Positions 9,797 through 20,628 are shown, counted from the first letter of the stretch. The stretch: DNA of 64,000 nucleotides from an uncultured Chloroflexia bacterium (GCA_963816905.1 CAWFMQ010000003.1:48887-112886); one strand, 5' to 3'. A program made the numbers and translations. The notes: generated by a model not told the origin, from the letters alone.

Positions 9797-9885
9797 GTTC
9801 GGCTCCTTCGTCCACTGGATCGCGGCGGGAAGCAGACCGACGGCCACGAGAGCGGAACCCTCGCCGAGTTCATCTGCTCCGGTCC

Positions 9886-10131
9886 TCAGCGTACCCCGCG
9901 CGATGCCGATTTCTCCAGTGCGCGACTCCTCGGACTGCCGATGGACCCCGGTCGAGGTGACAGGCACGCCGCGGAGAGCACCGGTGCGAATGCTGAGCGT
10001 GGGCAACCCGGTGCAAGGACAGGATGCGGGGTCGGTCCGCGGATCAGGACCGCGTCCGCACGCCAGATCCGAAGCCGGTTGCGCTCACCCAGGACGATGC
10101 GGAGGAGCACCGAGGAGTCGACGTAGACGTC
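9886..10131 (-). pseudogene. vapC: vapC (PIN) toxin remnant
   Basis: Reads DVYVDSSVLLRIVLGE..., a typical VapC N-terminus, directly after a TGA at 10132-10134. No start codon, and PIN-like sequence is lost after ~25 codons. A full-length gene would collide with the lipoprotein gene. Confidence 0.45.
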
Positions 10132-10387
10132 TCAACGATCCCGTCGCCCTTCCAGGAGGCTCGGTCGACGGTACCGGCCAGCCTGCGCGGATACGGCGCC
10201 GATCGCGGATCTCCGCAAACTCACGGGTCGGTTGGATGAGCCGGACGTTTCGGCCGGGCGGAGGCAGGGGCACGATTCTGGCGATCGCGCGATTCCTGTC
10301 CATGACGACCACCTCCGTGCCGTGCTCGACGGCCCGAAGATGTTCGGACAAGCGGTCCTTCAGCTCGGCGATCCGCACCTGCCTCAT
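10085..10387 (-). CDS. Phd/YefM-type (VapB-like) antitoxin with frameshifted C-terminus
   Basis: MRQVRIAELKDRLSEHLRAVEHGTEVVVMDRNRAIARIVPL. The canonical ending ...PSLLEGRRDR* lies in another frame (stop at 10132-10134), implying a 1-nt indel near 10152-10162. Confidence 0.7.
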   Translation of the reverse strand: MRQVRIAELKDRLSEHLRAVEHGTEVVVMDRNRAIARIVPLPPPGRNVRLIQPTREFAEIRDRRRIRAGWPVPSTEPPGRATGSLRRLRRLLGAPPHRPG

Positions 10388-10724
10388 GGCCAGATCTGGT
10401 CACAACCGACCTGGGTTGTCAATCGCGCAGTTGACTTCCCCTCCGGATCGGCGTCCAATCGTGGCGAGCAGGCTGACAAGCGCCCAACAAGGAGGTGCAG
10501 CAGGCCCATTCTCTGGAGTGCTGGTATCTCGCCGGGCGTGGCAGATTCCGGCGCCTGATGGGTACCGACAGTCGGCGATCCCCGGGCCCTGGCATGCGGC
10601 AGGAGCCGGTGCGGGATCCTTCGGGCTCCTGCGCCGCGACGGGCGCCGCCCCGAACGAGGCCAGCAGCGCCACGGTCATCCCGTCCGTCCGGCAATGGCG
10701 GACATGCGATAGGGGGCACATCCC

Positions 10725-12357
10725 ATGGAACGCAGATTTCGCCAACGCGTGAGCAGGTTCGGCAGCGGGACGGTCGGCCTGTTCATCGTGCTTGTAGCAC
10801 TGTGCGTCGCGTCGCCCGTTCCGACGCTGGCCGTCACGTCGCCCGCGGCGACGCGAGGCGTCGAGTCGCCGGTCTCGGCGATGGCGGCCACGGCCGTACC
10901 GCACGTGACCGGGCCTCTCCCGGTCACCGCCACCTCCTATCCGTTCGGTGCCGCCGACCACACGCTGGTCCCCGAGGACCTCGGCAAGGTCGGCTACGTC
11001 GAAGAGGAATACCTCGTCAGCGGCACTTCCAACGTCTATTCGTGGCCGGCTCCCGGCCCGGCCGCCGTACGGACCGCCAACGCGCCGTACACGACGCGCG
11101 TGCTCGTCCGCCGGCCGGCGAACGCCGCGCGGTTCAGCGGCAACGTCATCGTCGAGGTTCTGAACCCGTCGAACGCGTTCGACCTCAACATCGGATGGGC
11201 GATGATGAACCGCCAGATCGTGGCAAACGGCGACGCCTGGGTGGGCGTCACAGGCAAGCCCATCTCTATCGACGCGCTGAAGAACTTCGATCCGGTCCGG
11301 TACGGATCGCTGTCGATGGCGAACCCGCTGCCGCTCGACGACCCGCAGAACTGCCTGAACCCGGTGGGCTCGGTCACTCCGCCATCTCGCGCGACCGAGG
11401 ACGGACTTGTCTGGGACATCTACACGCAGGTTGGTGCGTGGGTGCGGAGCGACGCCGCCTCGAATCCGCTTCGCGTCCTGGACGCACGGAAACGCCGAAG
11501 GCCACGCCCGTCCGCCACGTGTACGGCTTTGGCTACTCGCAGACCGGCGGTTTCATGTTCGACTACATCAACGGCATCCAGCCGCTCGTGGTCGTGGCGT
11601 CGGACGGAAGGCCGATGTTCGACGGCTACATCGTCGCCGTGGCGTCGGGCAGGTTCGTGGGTCTCGTTCCCATCAACCAGTGCGAGCCAACGCCGTCAAG
11701 CACCACCGACCCGCGCTACCAGTTCCACAATGCCGGCACGCCGATCATCCACGTGATGTCGCAGTCCGACTACCTGTATGGCGTCTCGCTTCGGCGTCCG
11801 GACGGCGACACCTATCCCGACCTGTACCGCCATTACGAGATGGCCGGGGCGGCCCACGCCACGCCCGACGAACTGTTCTATTCGGCCGCACCTGCGGACA
11901 TCGTCAAGGCGGGCCGGCCGGTGCCGCCCATGAACTGCAACGAAGGCCCGCGGAGCCGGTTCCCGAGCCACATCTTCTTCGACGCCTTCCTCGTCAACCT
12001 CGAGAGATGGGTGCGAAGCCGGCATCGCGCCGCCGCACCGGCGATCCGATCGTCGTCCAGAACGGGCGCCGGTGCTCGACGCGTTCGGCAACGTCACCGG
12101 CGGCCTTCGCTCGCCGTTCCTCGACGTTCCGACGAGCACGTGGTACGCGAGCTCGACTGGATCCTCGTTCTGCTTCATCGCAGGCCACGAGGTCCCGTTC
12201 ACCGAGGCGCAGCTGCAGGCGCTCTATCGCGAACCACGGCACGTACGTGAGCGCCGGTCGCCAAGGACGTGACCGGGCTCGTCCTGCGACCGCTTCATCA
12301 CGGCAGTCGGACGGGCTGAGCCTCGTCATCGATGCGGCAAAGGCGAACGTGCCGTAG
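10725..12357 (+). pseudogene. secreted alpha/beta-hydrolase-domain protein, at least 5 frame changes
   Basis: The coherent protein (…GYVEEEYLVSGTSNVYSW…RHVYGFGYSQTGGFMFDY…PVLDAFGNVTGGLRSPFLDVP…GLSLVIDAAKANVP*) can only be read by switching among ORFs 10725.., 10802.., 12072.. and 11407... Confidence 0.75.
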
Positions 12358-12589
12358 CCGCTCCGGCGACGGCCGGGTCCCCGGCATCGCCCACTTCAGC
12401 CCCGCTCGCTCCGCTCAAACAGATCGGCGGGCGGGGCTCACCGTGTCCCGAAGCCGTCCGACGGCCGGCTCGTCGAACCCGGGCGGCCCGTCTCGCGCAA
12501 CCCCGAGGACTTCGCGGGATGGACGGCCTCACTGTCGTGCCCATTCGCCATCCCGACGAGCCTCGTCCACGGAGGGCCGATCGACGACC

Positions 12590-13099
12590 TCAGGTGGTCG
12601 CCTGGACCTCGACCAACCGGCCGTCGTGCAAGGCGAAGTCCCAGGCGTCAATGCCCGGCGGCGCCACCCCCAGCGTGCTGAGGATGGTGCAGACCTGGCT
12701 TCGATGATCACTGCCGTGATGCAGGGCCTGCGCAAGCCGGATCGCCAGCGGCGCGCGGCTCTCGGATCCGTCGTCCCTGTGCCGGACGACGATGAGGTCG
12801 GGATCAAGGTCCTGCGTCACGAGCCAGGACCATCCCGGGCCGTTGGCCTCCATCGCAGCCCGCAGGTCCGCGAGGTCCACGTGGTCCTCATCGATGGCGG
12901 GGACACGCCCGCCCGACAGGAGGGACAGGTACGAGGAGTCGGCGCCGGCGATGTGGCGCATCGTCTCCAGGATCGACCCGTATGTCCCGGGCACCGTCGC
13001 CTGCAGTTGGTCCGGCTCGAGCGTGAGGCACGTGTCGATCAACGTGACCGTCGCCCACACGTGATGCGCGAACGCGTCTGCCAATAGGGATCTGTTCAT
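12590..13099 (-). CDS. DinB-family protein
   Basis: Internal ATG at 13099. LLADAFAHHVWATVTLIDTC...ILETMRHIAGADSSYL. ATGA overlap with the upstream gene's stop. Confidence 0.8.
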   Translation of the reverse strand: MNRSLLADAFAHHVWATVTLIDTCLTLEPDQLQATVPGTYGSILETMRHIAGADSSYLSLLSGGRVPAIDEDHVDLADLRAAMEANGPGWSWLVTQDLDPDLIVVRHRDDGSESRAPLAIRLAQALHHGSDHRSQVCTILSTLGVAPPGIDAWDFALHDGRLVEVQATT

Positions 13100-14043
13100 G
13101 CGATCACCGTACCACTCGGCGTCCGCCGGGTAGCCTCCGGAAGCAGCACCGCATAGAGCGTCGAGGCAGCCGGCACCGGCACCCCGTCCCGTGCCGCTCG
13201 CCGCACGAGTTCGCCGAGGAGCGCGTCGAGCTCCATTCGCCGCCCTGCCACCAGATCGTCGTAGAGCGAGGAGTACATCCCGGGATCGAGGCCGGCCGCG
13301 CCGGCCGCGTGGCGCTCGACGAGGTCGTCCGGCAGTGGCACACCCTCCGCTCGACCCACCGCCGCCGCCTCGGCCAGGACCTGCCGGAACAGGGCCCACG
13401 TCGGCCCGGACTCGCGAATGGCGCCGATCGGGCGGCGGGCAGCCGCCGTCAGCCCCGCCTGTGCACAGATGAATACGTACTTGGCCCACAGCGCGACGTG
13501 GATGTTGCCGACGAGTTCGGCGGAGACGCCGGCACGCTCACACGTGGCAAGGAAGGACTCCAGCCGGTGCGATCGCGCGCCGTCCATCTCGCCGAAGAGG
13601 ATGCGGGCCGGTCCGCCAGTGTGGCGAATCACGCCGGGCTCGGCGATGCCGGCGAAGATGTACGCGACGCCTCCGGCCACATGCTCCCGGCCGATGACCG
13701 CCGCGATCTTCTCCTCGTTGTCGACGCCGTTCTGGAGCGAAATCACGGCGGTGTCGGGGCCGATCAACGGCTTGAGAGACGTCGCCGCGCGTTCCGTGTC
13801 GAACGACTTGACCGTGAACAGCACGATTTCGACGGGTCCGATGCTGACGATGTCGTTGGTCGCCGGAGCATCGGCCGGGGCCAGGCTGATGTCGCCCAGG
13901 ATGCTGCGCACGTGCAGGCCGCGCTCCCGTATGGCGGCCAACTGCGCGCCCCGGGCGATGAACCTGACGTCCTCGCCGCCCTTCGCCAGGCGTGCCCCGA
14001 AGTACCCGCCAACGCCCCCCGCGCCAACCACCGCGATCTTCAT
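13096..14043 (-). CDS. 2-dehydropantoate 2-reductase family (PanE/ApbA) oxidoreductase
   Basis: MKIAVVGAGGVGGYFGARLA Rossmann motif; AGGGAG upstream of the ATG at 14043. The 853-aa ORF in the track is an N-terminal shadow extension. Confidence 0.85.
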   Translation of the reverse strand: MKIAVVGAGGVGGYFGARLAKGGEDVRFIARGAQLAAIRERGLHVRSILGDISLAPADAPATNDIVSIGPVEIVLFTVKSFDTERAATSLKPLIGPDTAVISLQNGVDNEEKIAAVIGREHVAGGVAYIFAGIAEPGVIRHTGGPARILFGEMDGARSHRLESFLATCERAGVSAELVGNIHVALWAKYVFICAQAGLTAAARRPIGAIRESGPTWALFRQVLAEAAAVGRAEGVPLPDDLVERHAAGAAGLDPGMYSSLYDDLVAGRRMELDALLGELVRRAARDGVPVPAASTLYAVLLPEATRRTPSGTVIA

Positions 14044-14325
14044 CGGGATACTCCCTGTCGCCGGTCCCGGCCCGCCGGGTGCCGCAGTCGCGTGGTCCCG
14101 CGCGGTCGCCCGCCTGTCCGGAGTATCGGAGGGGCGAACGAGAGCAGTCAATGGCAGTGAGGCCCAGCCCGCTGGAGGCCATGCGCGGTCCTCTCCCTCG
14201 CCCGTATGCTGTGCAATCCGAAACGGCGACGAGAGGGGAGACGCAATGATCTCGATGTCGCGACATGCGCCGGGACGCGCCGGGTGAAGGACGGCGAGGC
14301 GCTCCGGGCTGACTCGGACCCCGGG

Positions 14326-15364
14326 ATGACGCGTGCCCCCGGCAGTTCGGCGGCGCTCGTGCCGGACTGGCTCGTCAACCTCGCGGCTCTCGGCTGGCGC
14401 GTCCTCGCGATCGCCGGGCTCGTCGTCGTGCTCTGGCTCGTGGCCACACTCCTCTGGACGGTCACGGCGTCGATCGCTGTCGCGATCGTCATCTCCGCGG
14501 TCTTCGCGCCGTTTGTCCTCCGGCTTCGTGGCCGGGGTCGATCGAGGAACGCGGCGGCCGGGATCGTCTGGGTCGCGGCGATCGTGACCGTCACCGTGAT
14601 TCTCCTCGTGCTGGCGTTCGCGTTCCTGCCGTACGCGGTCGACATGGCAGCGGAGATCAACGCTGGGCTCGCGAACCTCCAGGCGCGCCTGGCGGAACTC
14701 CAGGTCCCGGCGTGGGTCGGCACGGTGGTCCGCGACGCGTTCGAGTTCGTGCGCAGCACCGCTGGTCACGCCGCAGGTGGGATCGTGGCGTCGGCCGCGG
14801 GCGTCGTGACGGTCCTGATCCTGGCGACATTCCTCATCTTCTTCTTTCTGCGCGACGGCGACAGGGCATGGGTCTGGATGTTCCAGGCGGTCGGCGACCA
14901 GAAACGGGACCGGATCACCGCGGCCGGCCATGTCGCCTTGTCGCGCGTCGGCGGATACCTGCGGGGCACGACGGTCCTGGCAGGTTTGGTGGCGGTCACC
15001 GACTTCGCCTTCCTGTGGCTGCTCGGGGTGCCGCTTGCGCTCCCGCTCTCTGTGCTGGCGTTCCTGAGCGGGTACATCCCATACTTCGGTGGCTTCGTCG
15101 CGACGGCGATCATCCTGGTCGTCACGCTGGGGTCGCTGGGCGCGGGTCCGGCCCTCGTGCTGCTCGTGCTGATCGGCGTCCGCAATGTGATCCTCGCGTA
15201 TCTCGTCCGGCCGGCCGTGTACGGGCGGACCGTGGCCATCCACCCCGCGCTCGTCCTGGTGGCGCTCCCCGCGGGGTTCGAGCTGGCCGGCATCGTCGGC
15301 CTGTTCGCGGCCGTCCCAGTGACCGCGGTCTTCCTCGCGGTGGCGACGGCGACGCGTCGCGATC
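14326..15364 (+). CDS. AI-2E (PerM) family transporter, copy A; stop codon not resolved
   Basis: ATG at 14326. Typical AI-2E TM pattern (FFFLRDGDRAW..., GYIPYFGGFVA...). The frame stays open into the next gene. Confidence 0.75.
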
Positions 15365-16497
15365 GTGGAACCCGACCCTCGCCCGGAGCTTCCCGGCCTC
15401 GTGCCCGCCTGGCTCGACCGGGTGGCGCAGTGGAGCTGGCGGGTGCTGGTCGCGATCGCCCTCGTCGCGGTCGCCGTCGAGGTTGTCACGGCCATGCCGC
15501 TGGTGTTGATCCCCGTCCTCATCGCGACGATCCTTGCCGCCACGCTCGAACCGCTGGTCCAGGCACTCGTCCGCCGAGGCCGTACCCGCGGCCGGTCAGC
15601 CGCCATCGCGGTCGGTGGCGGCTTCCTGGCGATCACCGCCGTGCTCGTGCTCGCCATGACATCGCTCGTGCAGCAGGCCGGCGCAATCGGCGACCAGACG
15701 ACGGCCGGCGCCGACTCCGCGAGTGCCGCCCTCGGCGGACGGCTGGGCCTTGGCGCCGACGCAGTGGGCGGCGGTGCGAGCCAGGCTCTTCACGCCATCT
15801 CTCGCCGTCGCCGACGAACGTGGCGACGCTCGCCGCGATCACGGTCCTGAGCGCGCTGCTCGCCTTCTACTTCCTGCGGGACGGCGGCCGGCTGTGGGGC
15901 CGCGTCATTGCGCGGGTGCGGCCGGATGCCGCAGCCGCGGTGGGCGCGGCCGGTACCCGGGCGTTCGACGTGCTCGGCGGCTACATGATCGGTACTGCGG
16001 CGATCTCGTTCGTGGGGGCGGCCAGCCAGTTCGTGATCATGGTCGTGCTGGGGCTCCCGCTGGCGCTCCCGGTCTTCGTCCTGTCGTTCTTCCTGTGCTT
16101 CATCCCGTACATCGGTGGCTTCATCTCGACCGGCGTGGCGTTCCTCATCACGATCGCCGCCGGCTCCACCGCCGACGTCGTGATCATGGCCATCTGGACG
16201 ATCGTCTTCAACCTCGTCCAGGGCAACATCGTCAGCCCGCTCGTCTACGGACGCACCGTCCACATCCACCCGGCGATCGTGCTGGTCGCGATCCCGGCCG
16301 GCTCGGCGGTCGCGGGCATCCTCGGCATGTTCATCGTGGTTCCGGTCATCGGGGTGGTTGCCGCGACGTGGCGAACGGTCCTCGCGGTCATGGGCGAGCG
16401 CGACGTGGCCCCCGGACGGGGCCAGGCACCTCCGCCCTCGACTGACGTTGCCACACCGGTCTCGATGGCCCCGACGGTCGCCGGACTGGGGCCGTAG
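15365..16497 (+). pseudogene. AI-2E family transporter, copy B, frameshift near 15795
   Basis: The N-terminal half is in the ORF 15365..15850 frame. The C-terminal half (FYFLRDGGRLW...CFIPYIGGFIS...) is in the frame of ORF 14206..16497. Confidence 0.7.
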
Positions 16498-16596
16498 CGG
16501 CCGGCGCCTGGCAGGCACACTGGGACGTCGAACACCTCGGCGCCACGACCTCGTCGGCGTCTGCCTCACGAGCAGGGAAGCGCGGTTCCGCGGGGG

Positions 16597-17010
16597 CTAT
16601 TCGCTCGTTCCGAGAATTTCCACGTGGACGGGCACTGTCGGCCACTCCGCGTCGGTCGTTATGACACGCTCGGCATTCGCCACGACTGCAGTCGCGATCA
16701 CGAGGGCGTCCGGAAGTCGAAGCGCGGACCCGTGCGTTGCCCGCAATTGGGCGGCCATGGCCCCGATCGCACGTGACCCCGGCTCGACTCGCGCCGGAAG
16801 GGCGTCGACGAACGCATCCGCCACGGCAGCGGCATCATGGCCGCGGCGAAATGGCCACACGAGGCACTCGGCGTAAGCGGAGGCCGGCAGCACCAACGTG
16901 TCGCCGCGGTCACGGGCGGCGGTGGGAGCCGTCTTCGCGACGGCATGGTGGACGTCCGACGCGTCCGGGACCGCGATCAGGATCCCGGCGTCGACGACCG
17001 TCACTCCCAT
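16597..17010 (-). CDS. vapC: PIN-domain toxin VapC
   Basis: VVDAGILIAV...ALVIATAVVANAERVITTD; 10-nt overlap with the antitoxin gene. Confidence 0.85.
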   Translation of the reverse strand: MGVTVVDAGILIAVPDASDVHHAVAKTAPTAARDRGDTLVLPASAYAECLVWPFRRGHDAAAVADAFVDALPARVEPGSRAIGAMAAQLRATHGSALRLPDALVIATAVVANAERVITTDAEWPTVPVHVEILGTSE

Positions 17011-17252
17011 TCGCGTCGGAGCTCGTCCAGCGCGTCCGCCGGGAACACGTCGGTCAGGGCACCGCTGAACTCCTCGACCGGGTCAGCCTCACGCAGCAGG
17101 AGGAGTGCACCCGGACCTCGCACCTCGGCCCAGAGGCGATCTCCCGTCGTGATGCCTGCCCGGATCATTGCCTCAACCGGAAGCGTGACCTGATGCTGCG
17201 CACTGACCTGCGTGTATCCCCGGCGTCGCCTGTTCTTTACTCGCTGCTCCAC
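17001..17252 (-). CDS. vapB: AbrB/MazE/SpoVT-type antitoxin VapB
   Basis: 83 aa; ...YTQVSAQHQVTLPVEAMIRAGITTGDRLWAEV is a SpoVT/AbrB-like swapped-hairpin motif. Confidence 0.8.
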   Translation of the reverse strand: MEQRVKNRRRRGYTQVSAQHQVTLPVEAMIRAGITTGDRLWAEVRGPGALLLLREADPVEEFSGALTDVFPADALDELRREWE

Positions 17253-17302
17253 AAGTCAAGAGGCCGCCGCCGGGGCATGCGCAGGTGCACGCGCCGGGTC
17301 GT

Positions 17303-17746
17303 TCACGGATGTTCCGGTTCGATCGGCACGACGAGCGACGCGCGCCAGGCCGGGGCGGCAAAGGCCTGAGCGAAATACGTGGTCGTCTGCCAGACACGCC
17401 CGTCGCGGAGTCGGAGGTGCTGCACGATGTGGTACACCTCCCCGCCCGAATACGTGTTCACCCCTTCCAGGAACCAGATGTCCCCGCTTCCGGCGATGCG
17501 CTGGATCGTCATGCTCGGGGTCATCACCCAGCGGTCCTCGGCGCCGGCGACCTCCCGGAGGTTGATCTGCGGCATGCCGCCCGGGAACTCCTCGTGGATC
17601 TTCCGGTACGCCTCGTCGCTCGGAACCCGTTCTCCCGACTGCGGCCAGTCCTCGTGCCAGTCGGGGTGGCGCAACGCTCGCATCGTGTCGAAGTCGCTCT
17701 GCGCGACGGCCTCGCCGTAGCGGCGGACCAGCTCCTCCCTGTCCAT
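17303..17746 (-). CDS. SnoaL/NTF2-like protein
   Basis: 147 aa; RRYGEAVAQSDFDTMRALRHPDW...RDGRVWQTTTYF. Confidence 0.7.
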   Translation of the reverse strand: MDREELVRRYGEAVAQSDFDTMRALRHPDWHEDWPQSGERVPSDEAYRKIHEEFPGGMPQINLREVAGAEDRWVMTPSMTIQRIAGSGDIWFLEGVNTYSGGEVYHIVQHLRLRDGRVWQTTTYFAQAFAAPAWRASLVVPIEPEHP

Positions 17747-17933
17747 GAGGCCTCCTTGGCTCGTAGACGCCCACCGATCTGCCCGTCGGGCGCCCGAAGT
17801 CTAGCGTCGCGTCCCGTTCCGATGGTCGCCGGCCGCGCCATTGGCGGGCCCGAGCGCTGCCCGATCCGCCGGAGGGTTGGGGTCGGACCCCGACGTGGGA
17901 CAATGTCCGGGACCATCCCATCATGGAGGAGTC

Positions 17934-18395
17934 ATGACCGACGAACGATCGCTCGACGAGCTGGGACCCGTCGACTACCTGATCGTGGAGTTCCCGGCAG
18001 GGCAGCAGAACTTCACCGGCGAGGGGGCCGACGAGCTCATCCGGCTCCACGATGCCGGGATCATACGCATCATGGACATGCTCATCCTCGAGAAGGCCGA
18101 GGATGGTTCGGTCGATGCACACGAGCTCTCCGATATCCCCAACCTCGGGGACCTGGCCGCCATCGAGGCCCAGCTGGCGCAGACGCTCGCCGAGGAGGAC
18201 GTGGAGCACCTCGCCGCCGCGATGGATCCCGGCAGCGTCGCGGGGGTGCTCATCTACGAGAACCTGTGGGCCGCGCCGTTCGCCTCGGCCATGCGCCGTG
18301 CGGGTGGCCAGCTGATCGCCAACGGCCGCATCCCCATCCAGGCCATCATCGCCGCCGTCGAGGATGACGCGGCGCTCGTGGCAGAAGGAGCCTGA
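17934..18395 (+). CDS. DUF6325-family protein
   Basis: ATG at 17934 after GGAGGA. LGPVDYLIVEFPAG...VLIYENLWAAPFASAMRRAGGQLIANGRIP. Confidence 0.75.
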   Translation: MTDERSLDELGPVDYLIVEFPAGQQNFTGEGADELIRLHDAGIIRIMDMLILEKAEDGSVDAHELSDIPNLGDLAAIEAQLAQTLAEEDVEHLAAAMDPGSVAGVLIYENLWAAPFASAMRRAGGQLIANGRIPIQAIIAAVEDDAALVAEGA

Positions 18396-18396
18396 T

Positions 18397-18603
18397 ATGC
18401 CGCTCGGACCAGGTCGTGCAGGAAGAGGAGTTGTCGGCGCGCCGGTCGCCAAGGCCGCAGTCGTGACGGCGGCCGTCAAGCCCGGACCCTCGCCGGTCGC
18501 AAAAGCGGCGGTCGTCGGCGCGGCCGTCAAGCCAGGCCCCTCGCCCGTCGCCAAGGCTGCGGTCGTCGGCGCCGCCGTCACACCGGGTCGCCGCCGGTTC
18601 TGA
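18397..18603 (+). CDS. small Ala/Val/Pro-rich repeat protein
   Basis: ATG 2 nt after the upstream stop. Three 17-aa units (VAKAAVV.AAVKPGPSP). It occupies the position where DUF6325 genes often have a small partner. Confidence 0.5.
   Translation: MPLGPGRAGRGVVGAPVAKAAVVTAAVKPGPSPVAKAAVVGAAVKPGPSPVAKAAVVGAAVTPGRRRF
18445..18588. repeat. 51-nt in-frame tandem repeat, about 2.8 copies
   Basis: Units at 18445-18495 and 18496-18546, then a partial third unit. Confidence 0.9.
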
Positions 18604-18639
18604 TCGACTCCGACCACGAGTCGGAAACCCGCTGACAGG

Positions 18640-18667
18640 ACCCCAGCCCAAACGAACGGGCTGGGGT
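18640..18667 (+). terminator. candidate intrinsic terminator
   Basis: ACCCCAGCCC-8 nt-GGGCTGGGGT (10-bp stem) followed by TCCTGATTTGATG. Confidence 0.55.
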
Positions 18668-18807
18668 TCCTGATTTGATGGGGCAGGACCGGAGCCCCGC
18701 TGCGCACCGCCGCCGGCGCGCAGCGCCGCCGAGTCGGGCGATTTCGTGCCGAACGGCAGTGTTCACGTGGCCCCCCGCTGTCTACCCTCTGGCCGGAGGC
18801 GCAGAGG

Positions 18808-20628
18808 ATGGAGTTCCGGATCCTGGGCCCGCTCGAGGTCGTCGACGACGGCCACATCCTTGCCATGCCGGCCGGGCATCAGCGGATGCTGCTCGCCCTG
18901 TTGATCGTCAACGCGAACCGGGTCCTCGCGCCGGACCGCATCGCCGACGAGGTCTGGGGCGACAGCCTCCCGGTCAGCGGCACAAAGGCGCTCGCATTCC
19001 ACGTCTCGCGACTGCGCGACGCCCTCTCGCCAGGGCGGCGGCCCGGCGACGGCGGGGGTTGCCTGCAGACGGAGGCGGGCGGATACGTCCTTCGGGTCGC
19101 TCCCGAAGCGATCGACGCGGTCCGATTCGAGCGGCTTGCCCGCGAGGGCCACGCGCGCCTCTCGGAGGACCCGGCCGGCGCGCGCGCCACCCTGATCGAG
19201 GCCCTCGGCCTGTGGCGAGGCGATGCGCTCGGCGACGTCGCCTACGCGGAGTTCGCCCAGGCGGAGATCCGCCGGCTGGAGGAGATGCGGCTCGGCGCGC
19301 TCGAGGACCGGCTGGAGGCCGAGCTCGCACTCGGCGGCCATCTCGCCGCGATCGGCGAGCTCGAATCACTCCTCGAGGCGAACCCGCTCCGCGAACGCCT
19401 CCGCGGCCTCCTGATGCTCGCCCTCTACCGGTCGGGACGACAGGCCGAGGCGCTCCGCGTTGCCGGCAGCGGCAGGCGCCTGCTCTCCGAGGAGTTGGGC
19501 ATCGACCCCTCGCCGGACCTCGTGCGACTCGAGGCGCAGATCCTGGCGCAGGACCCCGCACTCGACGCGTCGAGGGGCGCCACCCCGGCGCCTCGAGCCG
19601 CGCGGAACCCATACAAGGGCCTGCGCGCGTTCGGCGAGGCGGACCGCGCGGACTTCTTCGGGCGCGAGGCACTGGTGAGGAGGCTGCTCGGGCGAATTGA
19701 GCGAGGTCGCCCATGGCGGCCGGCTGCTGGTCGTCGTCGGCCCGAGCGGCAGCGGCAAGTCGAGCGTCGTGCGAGCCGGCCTCGTTCCCGCGCTGCGGGC
19801 GGGCGCGGCCGAGGGCTCGGCTCGCTGGCGGATCGCCACGATGGTGCCGGGAGCCGCGCCGTTCCGTGAGCTTGCTGCGGGACTCGGCGCGAGCGGACCA
19901 CCGGTCGACACGAGCGCCGTGGAAGCTGCCGAGCGATCGGGCGATCTCACCACGCTGCTCGCCGGTGCTCTTGCCGACGGCGAGACGCGCCTGCTCCTGG
20001 TGATCGACCACCTCGAGCAGCTGTTCGTCCGAGTGAATGGCGAGACGAGGAGCCGATTCCTGTCCGGGCTGGTGGCGGCGCTCGCTGCGTCGCAGACTCG
20101 GCTGCTCGTCATAGCGACGCTCAGGGCGGATTTCCTCCACGTGCCACTGGGGCTGGCGGACGTCGGGGAGCTGGTCCGCAGTGGCACGGAGCTGGTCACG
20201 CCGCTGACGCGGACAGAACTCGAGCGGGCCATCGCGCGACCCGCAGATGCCGTCGGCGTGGAGGTCGAGCCGGGGCTTGTCGCCGAGATGATCAACGAGG
20301 TGGAGCACCGCCCGGGCGTGTTGCCGCTGCTGCAGTACGCGCTGACGGAGCTGTTCGATCGTAGCGACGGCCGGCGCCTGACCCGCGAGGGCTACGCGGC
20401 CATCGGCGGGGCAACGGCGGCACTCGGTCGCCGCGCAGAAGAGGCGTGGCGGTCGCTGGACGCGATGGAGCGCGAGGTCGCCCAACAGGTCCTGCTCCGG
20501 CTGGTGGCGGCGAACGATGGCGGCGTTGCCACGATCCGCCTGAAGCTCGGAGCGAGGGCTATGGACGCCTACGGCTTCGAAGCGGACTGGGCATGGGCTG
20601 CGGTTCGTGCCGCAGGGTCGCCTTGTGA
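18808..20628 (+). pseudogene. SARP/BTAD transcriptional activator fused to a P-loop NTPase; frameshifted near 19700; C-terminus unresolved
   Basis: OmpR-like wHTH plus BTAD (MEFRILGPLEV...ALYRSGRQAEAL), NPYKGLRAFGEADRADFFGRE, then in another frame LLVVVGPSGSGKSSVVRAGL...LLLVIDHLEQLF. No in-frame stop before the next gene's ATG. Confidence 0.75.

Noticed and set aside
18445-18588. The tandem repeats here, and at 2517-2570 and 61861-62101, could be CRISPR-like arrays.
   Set aside because: They are contiguous in-frame coding repeats without spacers, and no cas genes are present.
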